Shown: in pieces, positions 48,701 through 62,600 of the stretch | How the letters are laid out: the number at the start of each line of letters is the position of its first letter | Numbering within the stretch: position 1 is the stretch's first letter | Assembly: GCA_963924565.1 (NCBI GenBank) | Contig: OZ004615.1 | Location: forward strand, 6,386,001 to 6,450,000 | DNA: 64,000 nt | Source: Ascidiella aspersa | Taxonomy: Eukaryota | Direction: 5' to 3' | Notes under the pieces: model-generated | What the model was told of the DNA's origin: nothing | The model's input: the letters and a program-made list of their open reading frames with translations, nothing else | Databases searched by the model: none | Program-made: the position numbers and the translations under genes

Positions 48701-51700
48701 ACTTAAACAAATATTTGATTTTGTTGGTGTTTTGTACTTTGTTATTAAAATGTCCGAATAATCCTTTTTAAGACGCTGATCGAGATTCTCGCATCCCGGA
48801 GCAACTCCGAGATCCACCAGATCAAGGATTGGTATCACAGGATGTACAAGAGAGTCCTGGAGAAGGAGGTATCGAGCGAAACGAGCGGACACTTTAGGAA
48901 GCTTCTCGTGTCGCTTCAAAACGTAAGAAACCTCTTTTTACCTAAACAATAAAACTCAAAGTTTAAAAACCCGGGTAAAACCAGGATCAGACATTTTTAA
49001 AAGGAATATATATTTCACCTATACTGGCCACTTCAGTTCCTTAATTAGAACGAATCAATTCGTGATCCTGGATTTACTCAGGTTTTCAAACGGTAAGTTT
49101 TATTGTTTGTTTATATACGCGTCAGCGGAACAGTGATCGACAAGCAGAAACCTGTTGCCAATGGTTTTGGATTCCATAAAGATACGCCCTTCTATATATT
49201 TTTTTACCTATTTTTTTTCTTACTTTGTGATCTCTGTGGCGCAATTTGGCAGGTCTTTTCAAAGATGAGATTCAGAAATCGCAGGCAATTTAGTCGAAGA
49301 ATTGAAAGTGTTAAGAATTACTCACTTTAAAAATCACAGAATCCATTTTCTACCTGTTTTAAAAGAAAATACGGTTTGAAATAGCAGAAACGTGCTAAGC
49401 CAAACACGTATTAAAAATACACAGCTATCCAAAAATAAACCACCATGTAAAAAAATAGTTTACTACAGAAATACAAGACATCTGTTGTCATTTTCATAAA
49501 ATTTTGATGGTTCATTTTTTGAACTTCCGAGATGAAGAAATACCAACAACCGACGAACGAATTTACTTCATTCACATTCCTGTAACTTTTGTTATGAAAA
49601 AAAAAACTGACAGTGCTTGAACCAACACTCATATCCTAAAAACACAATTACCTGACTTTATTTCATATTCCCACAAAGCGAACACGCGCGATTCAATCCA
49701 GAGGCTTTTCAAACAACTAAAGACTTTATTTTATTATTCCACAGGGAGGCAGGGACGAGAGCATGCGTACCGACGTGCGTCAGGCCCAACAGGACGCCCA
49801 GGCACTCTACCAGGCCGGCGAAAAGCGTTGGGGAACCGACGAGGCCACGTTTAACCTCGTCATGTCCACGCGCAACTTCGCCCAGCTCAACCTCGTCTTC
49901 GCCGAATACCAGAAGGTGGGACTAGAGAGCATCTGGTGACGTCACACCTGATATTTGCCGGCGCTTTGATTTTGTTTTCTGGCCGTATCTTTAAATGCCC
50001 CCTTTGAGATAGCAGTCTGGTTACGTGTTTTGTAGTGTTAGGTTATGAGTTATGTACTGGCCTTTTTTCCGTTTCAAAGGACTAACAGAAGAATCCCCTT
50101 GCATACTTTTTCTAAATGTCTTGCCGAATCCGAGCCCATATCTTACAAAGTGATCGTATTTTCTTGTTTAGTGCAATATTTGTTTATCCACAGCACAAGT
50201 GCAAAACAAGCTCCTATAGGGATGCTGTTAGATTAACATTCTATTCCGATACCAGATATTTTGAACAAAAAAATCGCAATTTGACTATATACTAAATTAC
50301 CTAAGTACAACTGTAAAACATTCAAAATTTATGAAATTGAAACGTCCAAAGGGACAATTTTTCCAGATTATTATGCCGAAAAAAGTTCAGGTACTTCAAA
50401 TTGTTAATCTACTATTTTTGAAAAACTTTTATGATAAAATGTTTGTGTTCGATCGCAAAATTACTGAATTTCCTGTATTTATCATTGGTATCAGATCGAA
50501 ACGAATGCCAACCTAGTATCAAGTTCCACCCATATACTAACACTTGGCATTGGTTATCGGCTCCGATCCGTTACTATAGGAAATCCCTAGTTTTATACAC
50601 AATAAAGTAATGCGACAATTTGTGATCCATTTTTTGCTTTTAGGCGTCAAATCTTGCATATCATATAACTGTATAGTGTACCTCCACCTCCAATCGTAGG
50701 TCAACCTACCCACAGTTTAAGACCCACTGCATATTCGTTGTTAATCTTGAACTCACACTCAATTCCATTTCTGACGTCACAGGTGGCGCACCGTGACATC
50801 ATCAAGTCGATTCAGAGCGAGTTTTCGGGCGACGTGGAGGACGGAATGTGCGCGGTGGTGGACATCGCCAGGAACCCGAGCAGCTACTTCGCCAAGCGAC
50901 TCTACCGCTCCATGAAGGGTCTGGGAACCAACGACAACACGCTAATAAGAGTGGTCGTATCCCGCTGCGAGGTAGATCTTTGATTTGTTTTTGTAATGGG
51001 CCTGATACAGTTCCTGATTTGCGTGCATTGATCGTGCGTTTAGGCATTTAAATAAACAAAGCTTTGGGACACTTTTTAGACTCAAAAACTTGCCAAAAAA
51101 ATGCCCAGTCCTTTTAAACGGGTTTAGGCCCTTAAAAATCTTTTTGCTTCGCGTGGACCAGTGAAGGCAAGGAATTTTAAAAATGACGTCAAAAATTGAT
51201 GTCATGTCACTATACAAACATACTTCAAAAATCTGCTCTTTCCGGTCGAAAAAATGTGCAATGAAGTCTAAATGTACATTCAGTGCAAATTAGTTTTAAT
51301 TTTAATTCAACACATTTCTGTAAAAAAATAATTACTTTTTAAATTTACACTAATATTTTAATTAGGGCTTTATAGACCCAATAATACTTACCTGTCCGCG
51401 GTCTTGGGGTCGCAATTTTGATGCTAAATTAACCAAATCATAAGATAAAATCGAACGATATTATATTCAATAGTGGTTATAATAGCTTTATAATAACATA
51501 AACTGTCAAACAGCATCTTATTGCAAATTTATTTGCCAAATAAATAAACAAAGTGATTACTGTTCAACAAATGGTTGATAAAGTTCTATTTGCGGAAATA
51601 ACAATACATAACTACTTACAAACTAAAAAAACAAGGCCTTGGTATTGGTGACCATCTTGAAAAAAAATGTTGCGCTAGAACTAGATATCTAGTCTTAGCT

Positions 51701-51993
51701 GTAAAAAAGTATAAATTGGGAGTCAGATCAGTGCCTATACCACCCTAATATAAATCCTACCAGTACCGATACTACAACATGGCACCTGATATCGAATCCG
51801 ATCCGATACTATCGGACACTCCTTCAGTGAACATTACTGGCTCAACCGTGACCATTTCAACCCTTTCCAGGTGGACATGGTCCAGATTAAGCAGCAGTTT
51901 CGAGCCCTCTACAAGCAAGACCTCGCCAACTTCATATCAAGCGACACGAGCGGCGATTACAAGAAGCTTTTGCTGGCACTGGTCGGCAACTGA
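42670..51993 (+). CDS. ANXA7/ANXA11-like: annexin gene B, ANXA7/ANXA11-like with long Gly-Tyr-Pro-Ser N-terminal tail, 542 aa
   Basis: join(42670-42714,43197-43488,44379-44608,45986-46052,46573-46704,47445-47539,48207-48341,48773-48922,49745-49915,50783-50971,51871-51993)=1629 nt; core exon sizes 95/135/150/171/189/123 identical to gene A. Confidence 0.93.
43197..43488 (+). CDS. annexin B exon 2
   Basis: GGYPP repeats ending STGI G|gt. Confidence 0.9.
43538..43690 (+). repeat. intronic 27-bp minisatellite, about 5.6 copies
   Basis: gtgtaaattttgaagctgtttacrnta units. Confidence 0.85.
44379..44608 (+). CDS. annexin B exon 3
   Basis: [17 protein letters not shown]...YGQQP|gttagt. Confidence 0.88.
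45986..46052 (+). CDS. annexin B extra small exon
   Basis: [22 protein letters not shown]; phase 0-1, required to keep frame. Confidence 0.85.
46573..46704 (+). CDS. annexin B exon
   Basis: [25 protein letters not shown]. Confidence 0.92.
47445..47539 (+). CDS. annexin B exon
   Basis: [19 protein letters not shown]...FGR. Confidence 0.92.
48207..48341 (+). CDS. annexin B exon
   Basis: [15 protein letters not shown]...GLGTTET. Confidence 0.92.
48773..48922 (+). CDS. annexin B exon
   Basis: [11 protein letters not shown]...[16 protein letters not shown]. Confidence 0.92.
49745..49915 (+). CDS. annexin B exon
   Basis: GGRDES...[17 protein letters not shown]. Confidence 0.92.
50217..50589. 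mobile_element. MITE with tagggat...atcccta ends and gataccga/atcgg motifs (related copies at about 30260-30360, 37000-37330, 51720-51820, 62060-62318)
   Basis: Terminal inverted words and a shared internal motif. Confidence 0.5.
50783..50971 (+). CDS. annexin B exon
   Basis: [13 protein letters not shown]...[20 protein letters not shown]. Confidence 0.92.
51871..51993 (+). CDS. annexin B last exon
   Basis: [10 protein letters not shown]...[16 protein letters not shown]. Confidence 0.92.
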   Translation: MDMVQIKQQFRALYKQDLANFISSDTSGDYKKLLLALVGN

Positions 51994-54900
51994 ATCCCGT
52001 CCAGACCACTGGGTCACTGCTTAGTCTTTAGCCCTAGTTACCTGGCCTCGTCCCTGGCCCATTGATGCTAGCAGTGTTTCTTGTGGATGATGCCATTCGC
52101 GGTGTCGTAACTGTTTTTTTTTACGTTTCATCAACGTGCGTTGTTTTGTACTGGACTATCTGTTTTTTTGTTTGTTTAGATGCGCCGTTTTTTTACAGCT
52201 TGGTGACGCTTTGTTGCTCTTTAGTCAACAATGACATATGATTGGGTTGGTTAAATTATAGAACTTAAATTATAGAGGTTCTATTTAAAATTATCCGTGT
52301 TTATAACTAACGTATAGCACTTGGAATACCGTACTGGCTGACGATAATGATGTTTTAGAAGGGATCTATATTTTTTTATAAATCAAATTAAAACAATAAA
52401 TAACCTAACATCTTTGATTTTTTATTGGGACAACACTAATGTATACTGCCCTCCGTTTTCTCTATACTTACTGATAGTCTTGCATGATTAGTACAATCGC
52501 GAAGCAGCGTTTTTAATGTACACGGCGTATTGCGTATTGAAATATCTCAAATCAACAAGCCACTTAACAACACTATTGCCCTTGTCACTTTGCCTTACCT
52601 TATTTTTCGCCATTGATTTGTTACTTCATGCCAGATATACAACAAACCCGTTTCTGAACGATTTGTGTGCTTTAACCTGCATTTAAAACTAGATTTATTG
52701 CGGCAATGTGATATTTTTTGCCGTCCATTACCGTTTCTGTAGTTTCGAATTCTTCTTTGTACCCTACCTAGATTTTATCGTGCAGTGCTGGAGTTTCGTT
52801 GTTGTGCACTATATACCGTTTAAACGCCTTTTTTGTGGTTTTACGTGTATTTAAGTTAACTTTTATTTCTGTTGCTTGTATATTGCACTGCATCCCGTAA
52901 ACCGTTTATCCCACTTTTGGGAACACTCGCACCCGCAGCTACAAGCGTAAAGCTTTATCCTTGAAAATTATTTATAACTTCTACCGTGTTTTTTACTTGA
53001 ATGGTGTATAATGTATATTGTGTATAGCGGTTGGACCAAAGTGTATATTGTATGTAGAGGCTTCTTTTTTTCACGAAGGTATACCTATATGTTAAAGTAT
53101 ATGTGACTCAATATTTGTGTAACATTACTATAGGTTTCATATTTTATAACATGTTTCGTTATTAACCATTTTATCGCCTTACACACTTTTTTGTTTCTCG
53201 GCAGTCTAAATCAAGATTCAAATCGGAAAAAGAAAAAACAACAATTTTGTGTTGATTTGGGTCGGTAAGCAAAATAATGGTTGAGCGGTATATACTTGTT
53301 GGTTTTAATGGTTTGTTTATTTTTAAGGAACTGTTTAGCGAGATGTGTTTTCAAATTATCACGAATTGTTTGTCAAAACTTCTGGCTGCACACAAACGCA
53401 ATAATGCAATCGAGTTTTTCCAATTCCAAACTACAACTCCCCCCAATTAACCTGGTCCCCTCGAATAGATCAATATTTCATGGCGTTCCATGGCCAACAA
53501 TTCCCACGCAATGCCGCATCCATATTGCATATGGGTACATTGGCCTTTTCTAGTAAATTATTTAACGAAAGAATGAATATTTGTTTACATATTTAAAGAT
53601 TGTGTATGGGGTTTAAAACTAGCTTTACTTCGGCTCAGTGCAGTTGTAAAACCAGAAAGTTTTCTTTATTTAATTAGGTGTTGTTTGTTCCTCTACAAAA
53701 GTCTATTTCGTGTATATTTTTGCATCTAGGACCAGACAAACTGTATTTTTCGTTCTGCTCTCTGTAAGTTGTTGTCGTGGCGTATTTTGTGACCAAAAAC
53801 CTACCCTTGTTCAACTATAGGTGATCTAGGATTTTTATCGGACAAAGGAACCTAAGTTTTTCAGGCACGACTTTCCGAAATGCATAATAGCGGAATGTCA
53901 TAAAGAATAATGTTTAAAAAATTAATTTTAGGGGATTAATTAAATGCAAGACTTCACAATTTTTTAATTATTCATCAATTTGCAGTATTATAGTTTACTG
54001 TTTCTTAAAACACCAAAAGTTTCGTTATTTGATTAGTGTTAACTTACAGGCGCGGTAAATCCTCAAGTTATCTGCAGTTGCCAGTATACTAATTTTCTTG
54101 TAAAGGTATTCTAAGTGTTGCGATGCTAACTTGGAAACATTGGGATTTTGTCGTTGTTTTTTTTTTATTTGTTCTTAACAATTTTTTTGATTTTTGATTT
54201 TTTCCCCACATGTTTTGTATAAATTTCTACTGTATGTCAAACTGCCAAACGACCATGTTGAAAATTGACAACCAAAGTGTTTATCTAATACGTTTTAGTT
54301 TATTGTTCACTGGCATTTCCTGCAAATGGCAAACAGCAGTTTGGACGACTAACCTACCATCGTTGGCGGTATACGCTTATTGTGACTAGTCGGTGTACGT
54401 GATCATAACAACACCACGTCGCGTTGCAATCGTCTTGGTTTGTTTTCGGTTATTATACGTCATGCTTAGTAATGCACCAGGGAAAATCACCGGATAGTCG
54501 GCTTCCCTCGGACACGCAACAAACAACTTTTAAAGGAAGGGAGACGAACGTTATTAGTGTTTTTTTTAATCCGTCGGTTTTCAAAACTGAGTTTTTGGTT
54601 TGCTAACATAATAGGGTTCTTGGACTGCAGGCTCATCTAAATAGCTGTATTTTTATGAGGTTTACAAGTTACAACCCTGGGCCACCTGACTTCTTGATTT
54701 CACACACATGCATTGGTTCAGTTTTGAATGTAAAACAAATGAAGTATTTTTAAAATGTGTTATATGCCGTGAAAAATATATAGAAGCATTTGTTTTTTAC
54801 CGGCTTAAAAGGGCTGTTTTTGATTATCATCTAAGTCTAAGATACGGAGATGGTTATATTTTGGTTATTTATAGGAAATTGTATTGGCTAGATATGTTTA

Positions 54901-56546
54901 TTATTTATTTACAGACATGTTTTACAACACGTTTAAAGTAAGTCAGTGTATTTAGCGTCGAATTGAAGACACGCGCTTCCAATATGTCCCCAAACATGAC
55001 AAATTTAGTCAATCGCATAAGGTTCAAATTTGCATGCCGTGCAAAATTACAGTGTTTGCCAGTGTTAAAGTGCCTCGTTATAGGCGTATTTATATGACTA
55101 AAATATATTTCAACAACCCGAGATGGAATTTCTGCTATAGTTGCCGAATCTGGGTGTAAAATGCAGGCTTGAGCAGTTGGCATTTACAGAATAATTTTTA
55201 TATTTATTTGGGCGAATTATGTTCTTAAATGTTTTTAAAGTGCTTTCTATAGCTTACCTAACAGAAGGCAAGTTATCAATGCAAACAACCAGCACAATCG
55301 GTCATTTTTTTGCGTAGTTTACCGGAAGACGTGAGTTCTTTGCTTAACCCGGCGAAAGAGAGTAATAGCAAAGGTGAAACTTGTCTTTTCACGCACGTTT
55401 GAAATTAAAAATTAGAATGAGCTTTTATGCAGATCAATATATGTTCCAGCAACTAGTCAACGAGCGACATGTTGATGCTGTCTAGTTTTTGTGTTCCGAG
55501 ATTACGCCTTAATCAGCGGCGCCGGAAATACGTGAGCCAATGCTGGTTTAAAGGGGGAAGGAATACGTGACTGTGCCTGTGTGTATTGTCAGAGCTTGTA
55601 GGATACTCGAGAATTTGTTACAGCATACGGCAACTCGAACAAATCGCTTCGTATTCTGTGCAAAAGTATTTAGGGAATTATCTGGTGTATATAGGCGAAA
55701 TATCTGGTGTAAAGTTATTTTTGGTAACAAATTTCAGTCTAAATACTGTTTCGATGAAAAAAAAAGATGAAAAATGAAAGATGAAAAAGAAAATCGTCTC
55801 CAAGTAGCACGAAGTCTTATTTTATTGCAAACTTTGCAAAGGCCAATTTGTCGTCGTATAGTTACATTTGTCGCATGATAAGCAGCCAAATCTCGGCTGC
55901 TAACGCTCTAATAGCCACAGTCGATTAAGGACCAATCGGCAGGCAAAGTGGCTATTGCTTTTTTGTGTCACAACGCAAAGCCATTAGCTAACTGGGACCT
56001 TGGCTGGCCCCAAACAATCGGTAATACAAGGTCATTCCCAGAGAGCCGCAAATGAGGTGAACGTAATTGCAAGAGAGCCAATTAGCCGATTATGCGAAGC
56101 TTCTTTCAGTCATTTCGATCAGATAAAACCGACAGAAGCTACCCTAGTTTTGACCAGTGTTAGTGAGGCTGTCAGCGGCTACTGGTCAATTTCAGAAGAT
56201 TGATGGTATAACCGTATTCCAGAATTCTGATAAACTTTAATCGCGATCAGATTATATCATTTTTTTCACCTAACATGCGTTTTCTTTTGTTTGACAAGCA
56301 GGTTTATTGAACGTTTTGAGAAAATATTTTGCGATTAGTTTAAATACAAAAGTGTAAATCTTTGATTTAAAAAAAAAAAAAACAGAGTTCGTCCTAGCTT
56401 GCACCAATAAACAAATTTTCTTCAAAAAACTTTATTTTATTTGTTTTAATATGTACTTTTTGGTACGATTCTTAACTTTCGTTTTGCGCAGTCAATCGTT
56501 CATTGCACTATTGACCTACTATATTAGCGAAAGCAGACACTGAAAG

Positions 56547-56661
56547 ATGGCCCAGCAAACCCAACAAGGACAACAGCAACTGTACGGCACCGTCAGGCCT
56601 TGCGACAATTTCAACGCCGTTGATGACGCCAAGGCCCTTCGCGGAGCGCTAAAAGGAGCTG
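56547..56661 (+). CDS. annexin C first coding exon
   Basis: MAQQTQQGQQQLYGTVRPCDNFNAVDDAKALRGALKGA. Confidence 0.88.
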
Positions 56662-59600
56662 GTAAGTCGTCTCCAACTAATGATCGTTTTTTTATATCTA
56701 TATTGGCTTACGATGGTACGCGGCGTTCGGAAAAACAGCCAAACTTGACTGGGGGCCCGACAAAACGCTTTTCGTAGAGATCAAATAACTATAGCGTTAC
56801 TTTGATCATTTGGAAATAACTCATTTAAGTTTACAGTGCCACCTGATTTCTCTATTTAGAATTAGGACAAATACGGCCATATACAAAGATCATTTAAGTT
56901 TGTACGAAACAAATTGAATAATTTTATTCCCACATCTACATATATCCTCTTCCTTATGCAACATATTTTTTGCACCTTGAAATATCGATCTTAAGTGGAA
57001 ACATGCTGCATATGGATCTTTTTGCGATCAAAATCGTTTAATACGTAGGCGACTCTGAAGGAAGAAGTAATTGTGGAGAATAAACATATTAAGTTACATG
57101 CCGTTTAAAAAAAGAAGTTTGGTACTTTTTTGACAGTTTAAACGAACCAAAAGTCAAATACCCGGAGTTAATACCATTTTTAATATAATTAAGTCTACCG
57201 CTGTATATAAAGGGATTTGTGCTACTCTCCAATGAAACCATAAGTTCAACGCTACTATATGTCTGCGTTTCAATTTCTAAGCTAGCCATGTATATGTAGG
57301 CTAGCTTTGAACAGTTGGTCGTTTAAAACTAACAAGAAAACAATCGTTCTACTCCTACTGTTTTTCCAGGGACTGACGAAGATGTCGTCATCGCAATTAT
57401 CGGACGAACCAGTAACAGCCAGCGCCAAGAGATCAAGTCCGCCTACACACAAGCCTTCGGCCGAGTAAGTTCGTAAAACATTTTTGAAACAGGAGCCCCT
57501 AAAATGAGTCCTGCGCCGTTCTATTATTATTTCTTTTTACATTGTGTAATTTATCTCAAATCGTTAAATATTAACATGTTCACTTTGAAAACACATAGTT
57601 GTGACTCAGTTTACAGCTAGAAAAATTTTTTTTTTCAATTTGTAAAAGAGATACGTGTCCCAGTGTAAGCTATGTATGTTGTAATCGTAATCAAAATAAT
57701 CACTATTCTTAGGACATCGAGTTGTCTATAGTCTTGATTTAAAAATATTTCGTTGCATAACTAACATTTCTTATTAGACATGTTTCGGGGGACAGTTGGA
57801 AAAGTAAAAAAGTATTTTTATTTCTTTAAAACTACCCAAAGTTCACCGCCTGTGAGTTTTTGGGCGTGTCAAAGTTCTCTGAAGGCTCAGTGACAAACTT
57901 AGTGATGTTTAAATACCAGCAAGACTACATGCAAAAACTGTATGCGCTTCCATTTTGGCATTTTTTATTGATTTGCGTGTCTTTAAAAATTGCACGTTTT
58001 GTAGATTGTAGGCCAATGTGTAAAAAATAAGAGGGGGCTCGATTTGCAAGTAGTCCAGCAATAACTATACTCTTTTCTATCTCAACCACAACTAAATCTT
58101 CTCCTAAACAAAGACCAAAAGCTTAGTCACCGATCCTCCTTTACCAGGAAGCGCTGATTGTGATGTCATTGTTGATGTTTATTGCAAAACAAGGGATTTA
58201 ACTAAGTTCGTGTCGCTTGTATGTGCAGATGGCTTGTTCGAAAACAACCACATTAATATACATATTTTTTATCATCGTATTTTACGTATATGTGCAATGT
58301 TTCGTGTACAGAACTATCATATAAGTTTTTAATTTGGTTTTAAGAAAGTAGATTCACGTTCGACCTAAAAACTTGTATCATGAAATTCTGTAAGTAAAGG
58401 CGAACTTGGCCTGCCTACATTTTAAACTCTAGTGGTTGGATTTGTCTTTCATAACCATCCAAGCCGTTCAAAACCATAAAAACAGCGGTACATTTTTAAA
58501 CATACGGTACATTCGCTTTTCCTAACCAACTTTTGCCGAGACCAATTGCTTGGGCGAAAAATTACATGAGTAACTCCCATAAAAGGCGCGGCATTTCTTG
58601 ATAAAGCAACAAATTTACTTACAACTGAACAGTGGTTTAGTTTAAGCCCGAGGAAACACAAAAAATGATGGTAAAACTATATACCAGCTATGTATTGAAA
58701 AAGAAACATGATAAAAGAGCATTTAAGGCTAGCTGCATCAATGACGCAACGTCTTAAAATGTCAGTCGTGCGAAAACGCCTATAGCTCGGAACAGCCGTA
58801 CCTTAAACGTACTCGCTACAATTTGCGTAAAATCACGTCTTTATTAAGGCACGCCTTTTGAAGACTACGCAAATATCACGCCGAAACACGCATGTGAACT
58901 CGCCTGCTAGCTTTTTCAATCACGAATTGAAAAAGTCGTGATGGTTTGGTCGTTTCTCTAATAACAATTTTTAATTTTTAAACCACTTATGGAGACTGAA
59001 AAAGAGCCACGTTACAGTTTTGATGAACATATAGAGGCCAGAATATTCCATGAATTCGGTATATTTTTCCCTTAAAATGTTTCAGAAATAACATATGTCA
59101 TTATCAGTGTACATGTGTATTTTATGTGGATGATGACTAAAATTATTGCGAGAAAAACAAAATTAAAAGCATGATATATTGTGAGAAAACACCATATCAA
59201 AATATCTGACTTGATATATTTTATTGAAATTGGGATGAAAACCCGTTTATTATCCTCGAAGACACAATAAACCGTTTAAAACTACATATTGCTTGATTTT
59301 AAAGGAGCCTTCATGTAAAAAAAGTTCAACGAAATGTTACCAGTATCACTAATAAGTCATGTTTCGTGACGTTTCATTTTATGCCGAGTTTGGTATCTAA
59401 CAAAAAAACGAGTTTTTGGGTAATTAACCGGGCATCTTTAGGACTGAATTGACCATTGATCAAAATAAGCACTGCTTAGGCACCAACGGATTTTTTTATA
59501 GCCGAATTTCCAATGGTACCTTAGTGTTAAGTGAAATAATTCGAGTAATTAGCATATTTTTCGTTTTTTGAATAATTTTCGTTCTCAAGCATCAGCTTAA

Positions 59601-62600
59601 ACCTTTTGCTAAATGTTTGTTGGTATGAGAATAATTAAAAAAAAATCATGTAGTCTAAGTTACTGAGAACTTAACCAATTAGTAATGGATACTGAAAATT
59701 TACTATAGTTTAAAGCGCTTAAAGGGCATGATCAGGCCCTTGGCATTGTCTGTAACTAAGATGATCCTAACGCAAGATCGTTTCAATTTTGTTTATCAGG
59801 ATCTCGTGGACGACATTAAGAGCGACCTGAGCGGTCATTTCGAGGACGTTGTCCGTGGACTTCTGGCCAAACCACGTGAATACGATGCCTATTGTCTCCA
59901 CAAAGCTGTCTCCGGCCTCGGCACCAAAGAATCGGTAAATTATTAATTTGGTGGATGCAGAATCGTGTGACACAAAAGTGAAACATCTTGTATTGTTCGT
60001 TGTCAAATGTAGTTTACTTTCGCTTTTGGGAACTTTCGTTTCTGATTTGGTGTTTTTACAATCTTGAACTTTGTAGGATAACTTCAACTATAAAACCCAT
60101 TTGTTGTTCATATCAATGGAACATGGCTTTAGTAGCTTATATAAGCTTATAGCTTTATTAGTTTATAGCCTACTGAACAGGATTCACAAATTATTAAGAA
60201 TTCGGTTTCTGTGAAGTAAAAAAATGCACAACCTAAAATTTAGAGAAAATGCGTGGTAAAAATCTTGTCCATATACTGCAAACACCTATTTGTGAAACCC
60301 TGAAGAAATCCTTCGGCAAACCTGTGCACTTCCTCTCTCTACAGGTGCTCATTGAGATCTTACTGACACGGAGCAACGACGAACTGAAGGAGATCAAGGC
60401 GATCTACAAGTCGTGCTACAAGAAGGAACTGGTGGAGGCCATCAAATCGGACACCAGCGGCCACTTCCGCCATTTCCTGGTCTCACTGGTTAACGTGAGT
60501 TATCAGTGTTGTAAACAAGTCATTTTAAAAAGTCCAAGTCAAGTCTATTCGCAAAAATCAAATTATTCGGTTCAGTTCCGGTTCGGCTTCTTAAAATCTT
60601 TCAAAAAAACGGTTCCGGTTCTGTTCCGGTTCGGAAAAAATGACCCAAAAGCGTTTCATAAAGTTCCGGTTCGGTTCCGGTTCGACTCTCTGCCTACACG
60701 TCGTTCTGGCCAAAGAATGATAATTCAAATTACTTGTTTCGAGTGAAAGACCAAAATTTTTGTTGGGGTAAAGTAGCATTTTAGGTAAAGTGACATCGAT
60801 CATATGAATGCAAAGATTTGTTGAAAAACGTTTGATTGGTTTATTATTGAAATATAATTTTTCGACTGTCCTTTTGGGGTCCATGTCGGTGACAACCCTT
60901 GTTATATAACTGGGATGCCACGGTCACGTTCAGATTCAATATCCCCTCCAAGAAATTTTCATGCTAAACTATTTTTCTTTTTTCTCAGTATGATTATAAC
61001 AGTTGGGAAATTAGACTTTTAAATTCAAATTGTTTCTTGTCCACCCTGACATGCATATAATGGTATAATCATTGTGCTGGTAGATTTACTAAACTCTTGA
61101 AGAATATTTGGTATAACATACGTCCATCAGATGGCACTATGTAAAGACATATTGTATTGATTCTCGACAAGCTTTCGCACCACCGTGCTTTCATCAGGTC
61201 AAAACTTTTGTGATAATATTCATACCTACAGCAAAATGGATCATATCTGAAAAACACCTTTTTTTTCTCACGTAGCGTAATAGGGTTGAGCAGGGTTTGA
61301 CTTTTGTGCCCAACGAACAAACAGCATTGTAGAAAAAGGGATCGTTTATCACGGAGGAGCCATTTCACTTTTTAAGCTGTGTTTCACCCAACACTCGAAC
61401 ACTAAAATAGACGTGTTATACGCACGATATGCAGCTCCCCAAGCAAATCTTACAGCTTATATACATATATATATTGCTTCTGAAAAGTCAGAACTAATCT
61501 TAACAAACCTAAATTTGTAAAGTTCTGCAACCGGCGACCCAATTTTGGGTCCCGACCTGTAGGTTGAGAAACACTTTCTTACGGCCTAAATGTAAAACCT
61601 AACTACGTTTTTTTTTCGACGCAGGCCGCCAGAGACGAGAAGCCGGGTGTGGACTTTGAAATGGCGCGCGTCGACGCCGAGGCTCTCAAGACTGCCGGTG
61701 TTAAGAAGTGGGGCACCGACGAAGAAACTTTCAACTGCATTATGGCCCTTCGTAGCTTCCCTCAGCTCTGCGCCACCTTTGAAGCATATCAGGCGGTAAG
61801 CTTAGCTAGAGAAGCATAGGCGTATCCATGGGAACCATTGCCCCTTTGCAAGTTTCTAACGTTTGGATTCTTAACAATTATGTTTGTTGTTATGTCTTCT
61901 GCACATATAAATGCAATCCAAAAAACGAATTTAGCTGAGTTAGGGGACCTTTCGAATTTAGCCTATTAGGGGACCTTTTGGTAAATGTTTCGCCATTAAA
62001 AATTGAATGGCCGTTTACCAGATAAGCATAACAGCATTGAAAATCACAGCAAAGGGCTGGGGATGTCCAAAAATTTGTGCGATTTATGCCTCATAAGGTA
62101 AAAAAAATAATAAGGTAACCAAACTTCTTAGCTTTTAAGCAAACTTTTGGACTATAACAATCTTGGAAAAAATGCATTTCAACTTTTTGATTTAATCTAT
62201 TTTGCTTGTTTGAGCTATGCAATGACGTCATTTGGTATCGGTTCGGATCGTTATACGTTTTGTCCAAAATATCGGGTACTGGCATCAGATTAAATTTGTC
62301 AAGTATCAGACATCCCTACAGGGGACAAGATAATGATGCTGTTGTTAATAGGCAAAAAGGCCGTTTTAGGATCGGTGATACGGGCCGCTTAAAATAAAAA
62401 GGAATTGCGATACGTGCGATACACGTTTTTGTCCCGAGCAGCACGCCGTTTGTCGCAAACATATATAAAATAACCGACGGGGCTTTGATTGACAGCTGGC
62501 TGGCGAGGATATCGTCAAGAGCATTCAGTGCGAATTTTCCGGTGACATCGAAGACGCTCTGGTGTCCCTGGTCGAGGTTGTGCGCGACCGGTCGGCCTAT

